Source of the DNA: Balanoglossus misakiensis
Lineage: Eukaryota > Animalia > Hemichordata
Assembly: GCA_040954595.2 (NCBI GenBank)
Contig: CM082590.2
Location: 9,512,088-9,576,087, forward strand
Length of the DNA: 64,000 bases
Reading direction: 5' to 3'
Below are positions 25,733 to 43,062 of the stretch, piece after piece. How positions within the stretch are numbered: the first letter of the stretch is position 1; each line of letters starts with the position of its first letter. The notes beneath the pieces were generated by a model. That model did no database searches. It was given only the letters and a program-made list of their open reading frames with translations, and was not told the DNA's origin. The position numbers and the translations under genes are program-made.

Positions 25733-28693
25733 TCATTTTCCACCAGGCTTGTTTCCTTTAGATGGTTCCTTAGCAACCTTTGTTTTCTCGGCAACCAGTG
25801 TTTTCTTGGCGCCACCTGCGTCGTCAAGGAGAAAACAAATTGTGAGCACAAAATCGCAGTACATATTTTAAAAATAAACCGAAAAAAACTAATTGTACAT
25901 TTTTTCTTAAATTTGAATTTAGACCCGAAGGCGATGGAAAATGATATCCATTTGGTCCAAAATTAAGGGAAAATATAAATAAAATGACCGAAAATGTTTT
26001 TAAAGTGTCACGCCGGACTTTTTGACTGAGATGTGGTCGAGGTCAAAGGTTAAAGACGACATACCTCCTCTGGGCCCGCAGTCAGCGCAGTCGGTGCCCA
26101 AATCGCACATTGAGTATACAGATCCCGGACCTCCGTCGTCACATTCTCCATCGTTATGATATGCGCAGGTGTCTACACACGCTGAAATAAATAACATGTA
26201 AACAGATGGTAGAAAGCAAACTCGCATTAGCCATCCCAAATCCCCCCGCCCATAATGTCCTAAATATCCCTCAGCGTAAAACAACCTTGCAGACAGCTCT
26301 CATAGGAGTTTTGCGAAATCAAATTGTACCCAGCCCGCAGATCATGGCATAAACCCCATGAATGCGCATGCTAGTCTTTCTCGCCTTTGAAATTTACCGC
26401 CACTTATATTACCTCTAGGGCCACAGTCTCCACAGTCGCTGCCTAATGGACAGATAGAATAGTCCGATCCGGGGCCACCATCATCGCAGTCACCATCATT
26501 GTGAAAGGCACACGTGTCACTACAACCTACAAGTAATTATTCAGTTATGTTAATCATCTTAAAGGGAAGGGGTCGTCTCGCCGCGTGGGTGTAGGATCTT
26601 GAGTTGCTGTCATGCCCAGTCTATGCTATAGTTGGCTGCTTCTTTCATTCTTAGAATTAAATTGCATACAAATATATAAAAGGTCAGCGTTAAGCCTTAT
26701 TCGACTTACCAGGGCTGGACTCGGGGTTTCTAGGGCCACAGTCTCCACAGTCGCTGCCTAGTTCACAGACAGAATACTGCGATCCGGGGCCACCATCATC
26801 ACATTCACCATCAAGGGCCCAGGAACATGTATCACTGCAACCTATAAGTAATTATGTAATACTTTTCTTAAAGCGAAAACATTCAATGCTTGAAGCCTCC
26901 TGAACACAGGAATTCGTAAAAATATGCCTCTATACATGTTACTAACCAGGGTAGGATCTGGGTCCGCAGTCATTGCAATCGGTTCCAAGATCACAGACAG
27001 AATACAGCGACCCAGGGCCGCCATCATCGCATTCGCCATCAGAGGCCCAGTAACATGAATTACTGCAACCTGCAAGTAATTGTTCGATATTGTTACAGGT
27101 TGTGCTGTTTTGGTTGTTGGCCTATTCATCTCCTACTGACGCCAGTCGCTTATGAAAATGACGGTTACCATGGAAAATGGACATGTAACCAATGATATAT
27201 ATTTCAATTGGTGGCCACGCGAAAAGGTGTACTGCCACATGATAGAAAATCACACACGCCCACATATATGGAATCCCAAATGCATGCTGGGAACATATAA
27301 GTACATACTAGTGATTGAATGTTGACTTACCCCCTGTTTGTCGCTTGGTGCCAGTTTTCTGTTAAAACAGAAAAAATAGTTCTGATTAATAAAATATGAG
27401 AGTGATACAGTATGTCAAAAGGAACAAATAAATGAAGATATTGTAAGAAATTTCATTTCATATCCCACGGAAAAGAGGTATCCGTTGAAACAACTGTGCT
27501 CCTATTGGACCATGGGAGAACTTTGTTTGATGAAACTAGAATTATTGTCCAGTGTCACACGAGAATGTCCTCCCGTATAAACTACCTAGTCACGCGAGAT
27601 CTCGCAGGGTCATGTGAAGTTCGGTAAAGGGTCTATTGTGGCCACTGAAGAGAACGTATGTGTTGAAACGAGATTCAGAGAGTGAGCTGGGAGTTCAGAA
27701 ACTGGACTGGGTCGGGAGTTCAAAATACTTTGATCTCTCGTATATTCCCTTCAAACCACTTTAAAGTCTTCCAACCCTATTGTGTCCAAACAAACGCATG
27801 AAACTCGACAAAGACAGTAAAGTGCATGCTAAACGTTTAGCTGTCCAGTCTTAATGGGTTTGGGGGGGGGGGGCACTCGGCTCATCAAGATATATGAGAA
27901 GGTACAGGTATTGGGATCATAATCTCTTAACTTTTCTGCGCTTGCGTACAGTAGAAGTAACAGACCCAATAGGGGGGGGGGGTAACACCAAGCTTCTATA
28001 TTCATATACAATGTATACACTCACAAGGTTGACCTATTTACCTCAGGGCTGAGCTTATATACCTCGTCTGAAGCAAATAGTTTGAGGTACCTGCCTGTTG
28101 TGTTGAGTGGGGTCATTACCCGCCACAAAAAAAACAAGGTGAACGAAAGGCCTTTAGCAGTCATTGCTTCTGCTGTATGTAGGTTTTTATGTCATCGAGA
28201 AATCAAAGACTATCCTTGGACTGTTTTCCGTAACTTAGGTTGCTGACATTATTTTCGGCATGGGAGGTGTCGGAGAAATGAACGTGTTTTTTTTAAAGCG
28301 ACAAAATCATCCCGATTTTTCTAGCCTGGCTTATGTACCCACAAGTTAGCTCATTTAAAGAGACTGTACTTCAAAAGTAAAACCATGCAAAATTGGAACT
28401 ATAGGAGGTGTAATAAACACATATAACAATACAGTATAAGAAAAACCTCTGGAACAGGTTACACGCAGCCATAGTAAGAGGTTCTTATGTACTCCTAGTC
28501 AGAAATTCAACCACTTCTATAAGTTGAAAACGTCTCGGACAGAAGTGTTAACAATGTTTAATCGTCCGCTTACCTTCAGAGACTTGGCCGCCAACTTTGC
28601 CAAATAGGTGCTTTTCTTGGATGGTTTATCTTGACATTGCACCAGCACAAGTGCGACAGAGAGAACCAGGAGGCACGCAATGAAGGACTTCAT
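25733..28693 (-). CDS. Secreted protein Y: signal peptide + basic propeptide + KR site + four 6-Cys CDDGG modules + Lys-rich tail (238 aa, 7 exons)
   Basis: Exons (minus) 28693-28574, 27358-27331, 27069-26947, 26841-26710, 26526-26413, 26181-26065, 25815-25733. MKSFIACLLVLSVALVLVQC...KTGTKR/QTGG-CSNSCYWASDGECDDGGPGSLYSVCDLGTDCNDCGPR...; tail GAKKTLVAEKTKVAKEPSKGNKPGGK*. AATAAA at about 25468-25473. Confidence 0.85.
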
Positions 28694-28756
28694 CTTGGTA
28701 ATCTTCGACCCTGCAGCAGCGCCGAGAAAAGTGACTTTGGTGGTCACCCAAGACGA

Positions 28757-28796
28757 CTTTATAAGTCTTTGACCACGTGACCAAATTGGCCAATCT
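28757..28796 (-). promoter_or_regulatory. Core promoter of gene Y (TATA, E-box, CCAAT)
   Basis: Minus-strand TATAAAG at about 28757-28763, CACGTG at 28774-28779 and attggccaat at about 28785-28794, 65-100 bp upstream of the ATG. Confidence 0.55.
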
Positions 28797-28951
28797 TCAT
28801 TCAGAAGGCGTGCGCAGTGTTTGCAATCTTACAACCTGTTGTCATGCTTGCTTTGTATGACGGCCGAAATCTGAGGGGTCGTGGATAGTTCAAGATGTAC
28901 GAGAATGGCCTTAAATTCGACAATGCAACACTTAATGTTATGGTTTGAACT

Positions 28952-28988
<37 letters not shown>

Positions 28989-29108
28989 GAGAGAGAGAGA
29001 GAGAGAGAGAGGGATGGAGGGAGAGAGAGGGGGAGGAGAAAGAGAAGGAAAGAGGGAGAGAAGAGAGAAATGAGAGAGGTAAGGGGGATGGGGAGAGAGA
29101 AGAGAGGG
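28952..29108. repeat. (GA)n/purine-rich simple repeat
   Basis: Read directly; similar tracts at 30222-30291, 36660-36735 and 37944-37983. Confidence 0.9.
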
Positions 29109-30592
29109 AATGCACTTGTTCCCTTTATCCACCACCCCTAAGTTTCTTCTCATGACTCAAAAAGTGCAGTGTAAGGTGACCTAAATGTACTGAGACCACT
29201 CAATGTATTGTTGCCAGGAACAGCCAACGCAGAGAGTCGATGAAATGGAGTGGAACGTGAGAAGAATCACACTTTGTGTTTGTTTACCCTCGTACGACCT
29301 TCTCTCGGATCTATCTGGGTCGCCCGTGTGAACGACAAGAAGACATTCTCGTTCTTTTTGCAAAAATTCTGTTCAAAGAAGTTGATTTTCAGTGACGTTT
29401 TGAAAGACTTGCAATGATGTCGACCAATCATGGCCATGGGGGATGACACAAGCTAATACTAGTACCTAGACAGACGACAAAAGTGACCACGGCCATTCCT
29501 ATTCATAAAACACATATACACCGAGGACACAAAGCCTAAAAGGTTAATTTACTTCAAGTCCAACTCAGACTGAAAACCAATATTGGCGTGCAGAACAAGC
29601 TTAAGGTCACTTTGGGAACACGTTGAAACTTGATGCAGCAGGGTGACTCATATACAAAAATCTTTGTGTTATTTTTTTGTTTATTGCAGATCTGTAAGAC
29701 TGCACATCGATCTCAGTGTTACGTCTATGGTGAAAATTTAAAGTAATGCTTTTCATGAAAACAAGACGATGAACACGCAGTTTTTTCTTTGTTTCCGAAA
29801 AGACAATTTCAGGGTTTGGAAGAAAAGCATTATGGCCTACGAGAAACGTACGCGCTCGCATTGATTCTACACACTAAATCCGTGCGTTTTTTCCCGCACG
29901 TACTGCCTACCCGGGTCTCCTAGCAACAACAAACACTGCGTAGGTGTACTGTGTTTCCAGATTTTAAGAAACAACGTACATGTAAGTAAACAGCATTAGA
30001 CAATAAACCTGGCAACCTCGTCTGTAAATGAATGGGATTCGTGTTTTGAACTTCCTGTGTTCAAAATGAAAATACATTGGGGCATGACTATCATGACTAT
30101 AGTGAATGGTTGTAGTCCGGGTCGCGAGTCGTACAATAGAAGAAATGGAACGTCAGCACATTTTGAACTCGTGAGTGCCGCCCCCGGAGAAAGAAAGATG
30201 GGGAAAGAGAAAGAAGGGGGCGAGAGAGAGACAGAGACAGAGAGAGAGAGGGAGACAGAGAGAGACAGACAGAGAGAGGGAGACAGAGAGAGGTAGTACA
30301 TGTATATCAATTTACAACTGGTTTCTCTTTGATTCTCAGACAAAATGTCTGTTGTTTCTTACATTTCTCTAAGTTACGCTACATTCAAACAAAAATTAAT
30401 GCAAATAGGAGAATATTTCAGCCAAATTATGGACCCTTGCGTCGATGGCAAAACCCACCCCTAAATCACGCGGCTAGGGGGTTTGTCTCGCGACCACATA
30501 AATAATCCCGACTCACTTAGAGGAACTGGTCTCTGAACCCGGAAGTCAGCTGAAAAATAAAAACAAAATCATTGCAGACGACGGTCAATGTC

Positions 30593-31181
30593 ATGACGGA
30601 GATATCTGAGCCCGACGGAAGTTCCAATACTTATGATCTGACGTTCAAAGTCCTTGTACTTGGAGACAGCGACGTTGGGAAGACCTGCCTTGTCAACCAG
30701 TTCTGCGAGAATAAATTTCATGAGAGTTATGTTTCAACCATAGGTGAGTCGAGTGTACGGAATATGGCGAAAGTGTCCGGAAATACCGCTATACCATTTA
30801 GCGTTGGAAACCTGCGACAAGAAATTAGTAACGATGACAGTTGACTTCACTGAACATGGAAGTGTATTGTATGATGTAGTAGAACAGTTGGACATAACAC
30901 ATATGTCACTGAACTAAATTCGTTGCACCATACATATCGCATTGGCATTACGTCATCAGTTTTGCTGATCGTGTGTACATACATGTAGATATTTGCTTTG
31001 CGTTCAGGAAGGGTGATCGTCACTCTCAGATTGACACATATCAATAAAATTGGACCGAGAAACACCCTGTGTTCTAAAGAAGATATCTTCCTGGTCCACC
31101 ATACACTGCCATTGGGTTACTATGGTAATACTGGCATTCATGCACGTGACTGTATTACAACTCTCCTGTTGGTCAGTTCAC

Positions 31182-31212
<31 letters not shown>

Positions 31213-32695
31213 CTCAACCATTTCCCCACCAGGACACATTTGCTTATTAAATCCTACACTTCTTTCCAAAAATGTTCAAAACAATCAAAAGAAACTTTAT
31301 TGCCGAGATTTGTCACTTTTCTGATTTGCAAATTCTTTTCAGGTTTGGATTTCAAGTACAGAACGGTGATACTGGATGAAACAGCAATTCGGTTACAAGT
31401 CTGGTGAGTCTCAAATCCTGTCTGTTTCTGTGGAACCTTTCATTATTCTGGAGGTGTAGTTTAATATAACCTTGACTCTACTATTTTTCCACAGGGACAC
31501 AGCAGGTCAAGAAAGGTTCCGCACTCTAACAACTGCATACTACAGGGGAGCAATGGTGAGTGTGGACCCTTTCACCAGAATGGTTTGGTCCAAATATATT
31601 GTTTCCTATGGTAAAGTTGAACATCAACAGAGGTAACAGGGGTGGGTGGGATGTTGGGGAAGGGGCTTGTCAGATACAGTTATCCAAGAGATTCGGTTGA
31701 CCACGTGAGAATTAATTACTTTACTGAGTAGCAAAGATATTTTGAAAGTAGCAAGAATCTAATATCAAGCATGGTCATATACATCTATTATATGTTGTTT
31801 TCTTCAGGGGATATTACTGGTATTTGACATCACAAACTCGGAAACGTTTCTTCATCTAACTGGTTGGCTGGAAAACATCAAAAAGGTAGGGCAGATTTCT
31901 GTGCGTACGAGGGAGAAGTCTCCATGTTCTCTGTCATTAAGCAGGCAGCAAATTAATCTAGTTATGAACAAAATAAAGGCTGTCACGCAAATCCTATCAC
32001 AATTGATTACAATTGTTATTCTTTCTCAAACAGAATGCGTCAAATGATGTATCCATTGTTCTTCTTGGCAACAAATCAGACAGACAAATCAACAGAGAAA
32101 TCGATACAGAAAGATCAGCCCAGGTAAGAATGTTTCAAAAAACCCTGATTTTATCCCTTTCACCCCCTGTTCCCATTTTAGAGGTCCAAACTAACCATAG
32201 AAAACAATGGGTTTGGACTGAACCATGGCAGTAGAAGGGTTAAAGGATCTCTCTCAAATATATTTCTGGATGGAAATCTCAGCCTGATATTGTAACTGCC
32301 ATTGACATCATTTTTGTGTTCCCTGTACAGCTCGCACAAAGCTATGACATTGATTGTCTGGAAACCAGCGCCAAGACGAACCTCAACGTTGAAAAGGCTT
32401 TCAAAATCCTTGCCTCTCATATGTTAGGAAAAAATAAACAACGGGTAAGTCAATCTTTGTTTGCCTTTTCACCACATGAAATCAGAGATCACCATCCCTC
32501 CATGATATTGTCCTCGCTGTCACATGTTCTGATTGAAACAGAGACCAAGAAATTCACACCTAATTTTCTATGTTTTTTTCCCCCTGCTGAAATATATAGG
32601 CCAACAGAGTGCATAGTCTACGCAACACAATTCAGGGCAGTGAGTTATACAGTTCAGCAGACCACCAATCCGTCTCCAGTGGCTGTCGATGTTAA
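30593..32695 (+). CDS. Rab-family small GTPase, Rab8/10/13/15-group-like (216 aa, 7 exons)
   Basis: Exons 30593-30743, 31343-31403, 31495-31555, 31808-31885, 32034-32123, 32331-32444, 32600-32695. Motifs [42 protein letters not shown], ETSAK and a C-terminal CRC prenylation motif. Internal exon sizes 61/61/78/90 match the recalled Rab8/13/15 gene structure. Confidence 0.92.
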
Positions 32696-34459
32696 CCCAA
32701 AGAAGTTGACCAAATATGGCTGAATTTACATTCATTTTTTAGCTCCTTAGAATTAGGCCAGAGTCAGGAAATTCTTTGTTTTGCGTCCAATCAAAATTCT
32801 GAAAGGTAAGCAGCTTAGTGGTTTTAAAACACACACAGAATTTTAACACAAAACAATTTGCTTTCATACGACAGTTTTTCTCATGCTGCATGTTCCTGTA
32901 GTGATTCAACACGGCCAGTTTACGCTGCCAAGTGGGTCGATGACTTTAATATGATTGCACAAAGACGTATGTTGCTGCAATATGAACATCTTGGCTTATT
33001 TTTGTGACACAATAGTGTCCATGAGCAAAATTTCCCTAGAAAACTTTGTGTGTGTTCTTCTCAAAAAATCTACGCACAAATGGACGCAAAACAAAGACTG
33101 TACTCACTATGGCCTCATATAATAATGCAGGGAGATTTTAGTGTAGTTTGGAAGGCTATTGAGGGCAAGTGCATTTTTGTGTCCCTCAAATGTTAACCTG
33201 TTCACCTCCAGTTTGAACTTTAGAGGTCCAAGCTCCTCATAGAAAACAATGGGTTTGGACCAAACCATCACGGTAAAAGGGTTAAAATACAATACAAAGA
33301 GGACTGATTTGTAAAAAGAAATTTACAGTTATAGAGGTTTATTTTCCTGATTCCTTCATCTCTCAGTAGAATAAGCTAAACAGAGTTTACTGTGATACTG
33401 GTAATTTATATACCTGATTTTTAAAAGAAAGAGTATTTACATCAAATACTTTTAATATTTGAATGCAGACAGAGTTAGTAAATTTCAGTGCTGAAGTTCA
33501 GCCTGATAGAGTTGGTAGTGATGATGATTTCAGATTCTAAAAGTTGATAGATGTAATTGATTATAGTGTGTGTCATACACAGAAATAAGTGCACTTCCAA
33601 ATGTATTTATATTTTATTCAAGTTTTGAGGTTGTTTAAATTTACTTCTATGGCGTTTAAAACTTTTTAGGGTGTTTTTAAACTAGTTATGGACTTCCATT
33701 TTGATTTCTGGGTGCTATATACTCATGAATTGCTTAAGAGAATTAAAGTTGATAACAAAAACTGTTCAAAGATTGATATGTTACACATGTGTGGAAAATT
33801 TCTGTGTACTGTTGCTGTTATTGTTGTAGAAATATCGTTTAAGATACAATCCCTCCACTAACACGTCGATTTGTGACTCTTATTCTAACCCTGACCAAAA
33901 TGTGTTTGTTTCAGTGTAAAATCAAACATCGATGCAAATGACCGATTTCTGCACACAAGTATAATAGAACGTTCATTTTCGATATAGTTGCCTATTACCT
34001 CATATATTGGAGTTAACATACATAACTTTTTCTTAATTTTATCGAGAAAACAAAACGTTGAAAAAAGGGTAAGAAAATAAAGCGGTCCCAGAAACGCCCG
34101 CAAAATGTGTATGCACAGTCCACAGTTGAAAATTACAATGCCCGTGAGTGCTACAAGAAGCGATTTGATACGCAAAATGAGCACTTCCCTTGTCTTTAGA
34201 ACATTGGAATATACTTGAAACATAACTAACATATCGGGAAAATCATCGTACGAGTAGAGCGACTGTCGCTTGCTTCCAAGGAAAAAGCGCAACTCTAAGA
34301 TGGTCACGTGACCATAATGCGTTCGTAGTCTTCCAAGCGTTCGACGACGCGTAACGCGCGTCCGTTCCATGTGTTATTTGTCTTCTAAAACAAGCGTCAC
34401 AACAAGAAATAACTTCGTAGAATATATTTTCCTATTCTCTGGGAAAAAATCTACAAAAA

Positions 34460-40238
<5,779 letters not shown>

Positions 40239-40547
40239 GAAACCATAGCAACAGCATACTGCAATGAAAAAGTCAATCAGTCGATAAAAGACTTTCCTGA
40301 AATAAACAACATCTTCTATAGTGTGCATGATTGTCATGAAGTTCACTTTTTCTTACAAATTTCTATCGGTCACGCTGTACTCTCAACATATGACGAGAGT
40401 TAGGTCTACACTGTATGTTCTCCTGTTCTTATATTGAAGCAAATAAAGCCAAAAATCTTCACAATACACAACGTTTCAGTCTGGACTTTTTTCCCTGTGC
40501 CAGTTTTCAAAAAAATTCAAAAAATGACCCATTCTCGACTTGCTGTC

Positions 40548-41724
40548 GGCAATTCAAGAAATGGTCATTTTTTGACAAAAACCATGATGTATAACACATG
40601 AAAAATGTTCAAAAAGGCCCAAAATATGAAAATTGGGCAATTCCACAAATGGTCATTTTTTGACAAAAACCATGATGTATAACCCATGAAAAATGTTCAA
40701 AAAGGCCCAAAATATGAAAATTCGGCAAATCGAGAAATGGTCATTTTTTGACAAAAACCATGATGTATAACCCATGAAAAATGTTCAAAAAGGCCCAAAA
40801 TATGAAAATTCGGCAAGTCGAAAAATGGTCATTTTTTGACAAAAACCATGATGTATAACCCATGAAAAATGTTCAACAAGGCCCAAAATATGAAAATTCG
40901 GCAAGTCGAGAAATTGTCATTTTTTGACAAAAACCATGATGTATAACCCATGAAAAATGTTCAACAAGGCCCAAAATATGAAAAGTCGGCAAGTCGAGAA
41001 ATGGTCATTTTTTGACAAAAACCATGATGTATAACCCATGAAAAATGTTCAACAAGGCCCAAAATATGAAAAGTCGGCAAGTCGAGAAATGGTCATTTTT
41101 TGACAAAAACCATGATGTATAACCCATGAAAAATGTTCAACAAGGCCCAAAATATGAAAATTCGGCAAGTCGAGAAATGGTCATTTTTTGACAAAAACCA
41201 TGATGTATAACCCATGAAAAATGTTCAACAAGGCCCAAAATATGAAAAGTCGGCAAGTCGAGAAATGGTCATTTTTTGACAAAAACCATGATGTATAACC
41301 CATGAAAAATGTTCAACAAGGCCCAAAATATGAAAATTCGGCAAGTCGAGAAATGGTCATTTTTTGACAAAAACCATGATGTATAACCCATGAAAAATGT
41401 TCAACAAGGCCCAAAATATGAAAATTGGGCAAGTCGAGAAATGGTCATTTTTTGACAAAAACCATGATGTATAACCCATGAAAAATGTTCAACAAGGCCC
41501 AAAATATGAAAATTCGGCAAATAAAGAAATGGTCATTTTTTGATAAAAACCATGATGTATAACCCATGAAAAATGTTCAAAAAGTCTCAAAATTTGAAAA
41601 TTCGGCAAGTCGAGAAATGGTCATTTTTTGACAAAAACCATGATGTATAACCCATGAAAAATGTTCAAAAAGTCTCAAAATATGAAAATTCGGCAAGTCG
41701 AGAAATGGTCATTTTTTGACAAAA
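40548..41724 (+). repeat. 88-bp satellite array 1 (~13 units, A-rich strand on +)
   Basis: Unit gaaatggtcattttttgacaaaaaccatgatgtataacccatgaaaaatgttcaa(c/a)aaggcccaaaatatgaaaattcggcaagtcga. Confidence 0.97.
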
Positions 41725-41940
41725 ATTTCCAAAATTCGCAAAGTCGGAATTCGTCATTTTTTCATCATTTCCATGGCCTATAACCCATGAAAAATGACCA
41801 CAGATGTCAAAATTTCCAAAATTCGCAAAGTCGAAATTCGTCATTTTTTCATCATTTCCGTGGCCTATAACCCATGAAAAATGACCACAGATGTCAAAAT
41901 TTCCAAAATTCGCAAAGTCGGAATTCGTCATTTTTTCATC
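41724..41940 (+). repeat. ~2.5 copies of a diverged 87-bp variant related to the satellite
   Basis: aatttccaaaattcgcaaagtcggaattcgtcattttttcatc...tataacccatgaaaaatg repeats with period 87. Confidence 0.85.
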
Positions 41941-41954
41941 ACCTACGGGTACAA

Positions 41955-43062
41955 GCCTAGCCTTCCTGAACCCTTCGCCATCACCATGTGTACTCGAAAA
42001 AGTGGAAATTTGCCGCACTGTATTGCAGCATAACTACCATGATCTTATTTGCACCGCAGCGGTGCAAATTCTTATTTGCACCGCAGCGGTGCAAATAAGA
42101 GTTCCCTGCACCGCAACGATCTGACCGTTCTTTATTCACTCCTCGGCGACAAAAAGTTTTATAACGGCCTAAATAACGACTTTTTCACTCTTTGGTTGGT
42201 CATTCGGACGCGGAAAGACACAGTTTTAGCGAGTTTATCTGTCTTTCTCCTGATGAGCACTCCGTATTCAGTCTTGCCCAAGTGAACCGCGACAAAAAAA
42301 TGACCAAGTTTCCCTGCATGTTTCTTATACCCGACAGATAAAAAACGCAGCGTAGATATTGAAATGAATTGGATTTATGAAAATGATAAAAATTACAATG
42401 AAAATGTCGTTAAAAGTTCTCACAAAAAAGAAATAGAAAAAATAGTGGTTTCGAACCAACATCAGTTGACACCTTCAGGTAAAAGCATAGTCTTCCTGAA
42501 CCCTTCGCATTCACCATGTGTACTCGAAAAAGTGGAAATTTACCGCACTATATTGCAGCATAACTACCATGATCTTATTTGCACCGCAGCGGTGCAAATT
42601 CTTATTTGCACCGCAGCGGTGCAAATAAGAGTTCCCTGCACCGCAACGATCTGACCGTTCTTTATTCACTCCTCGGCGACAAAAAAGTTTTATTACGGCC
42701 TAAATAACGACTTTTTCGCTCCTTGGTTGGTCATTCGGACGCGGAAAGACACAGTTTTAGCGAGTTTATCTGTCTCTCTCCTGATGAGCACTCCATATTC
42801 AGTCTTGCCCAAGTGAACCGCGACAAAAAAAACGACCAAGTTTCCCTGCATGTTTCTTATACCCGACAGATAAAAAACGCAGCGTAGATATTGAAATTTA
42901 TTGGATTTATGAAAATGATAAAAATTTCAATGAAAATGTCGTTAAAAGTTCTCACAAAAAAGAAATAGAAAAAAAAGTGGTTTCGAACCAACATCAGTTG
43001 ACACCTTCAGGTAAAAAGCATAGTCTTCCTGAACCCTTCGCCATCACGATGTGTACTCGAAA
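41955..43062. repeat. Tandem ~530-bp direct repeat (2 copies + fragment) with palindromic junctions
   Basis: cttcctgaacccttcg at 41962, 42492 and 43025; palindromes at 42043-42100 and 42573-42630. Confidence 0.92.

Noticed and set aside
33885-34370. 161-aa minus-strand ORF upstream of DCST1 (possible DCST2)
   Set aside because: No DC-STAMP motifs or recognisable domain; probably spurious.
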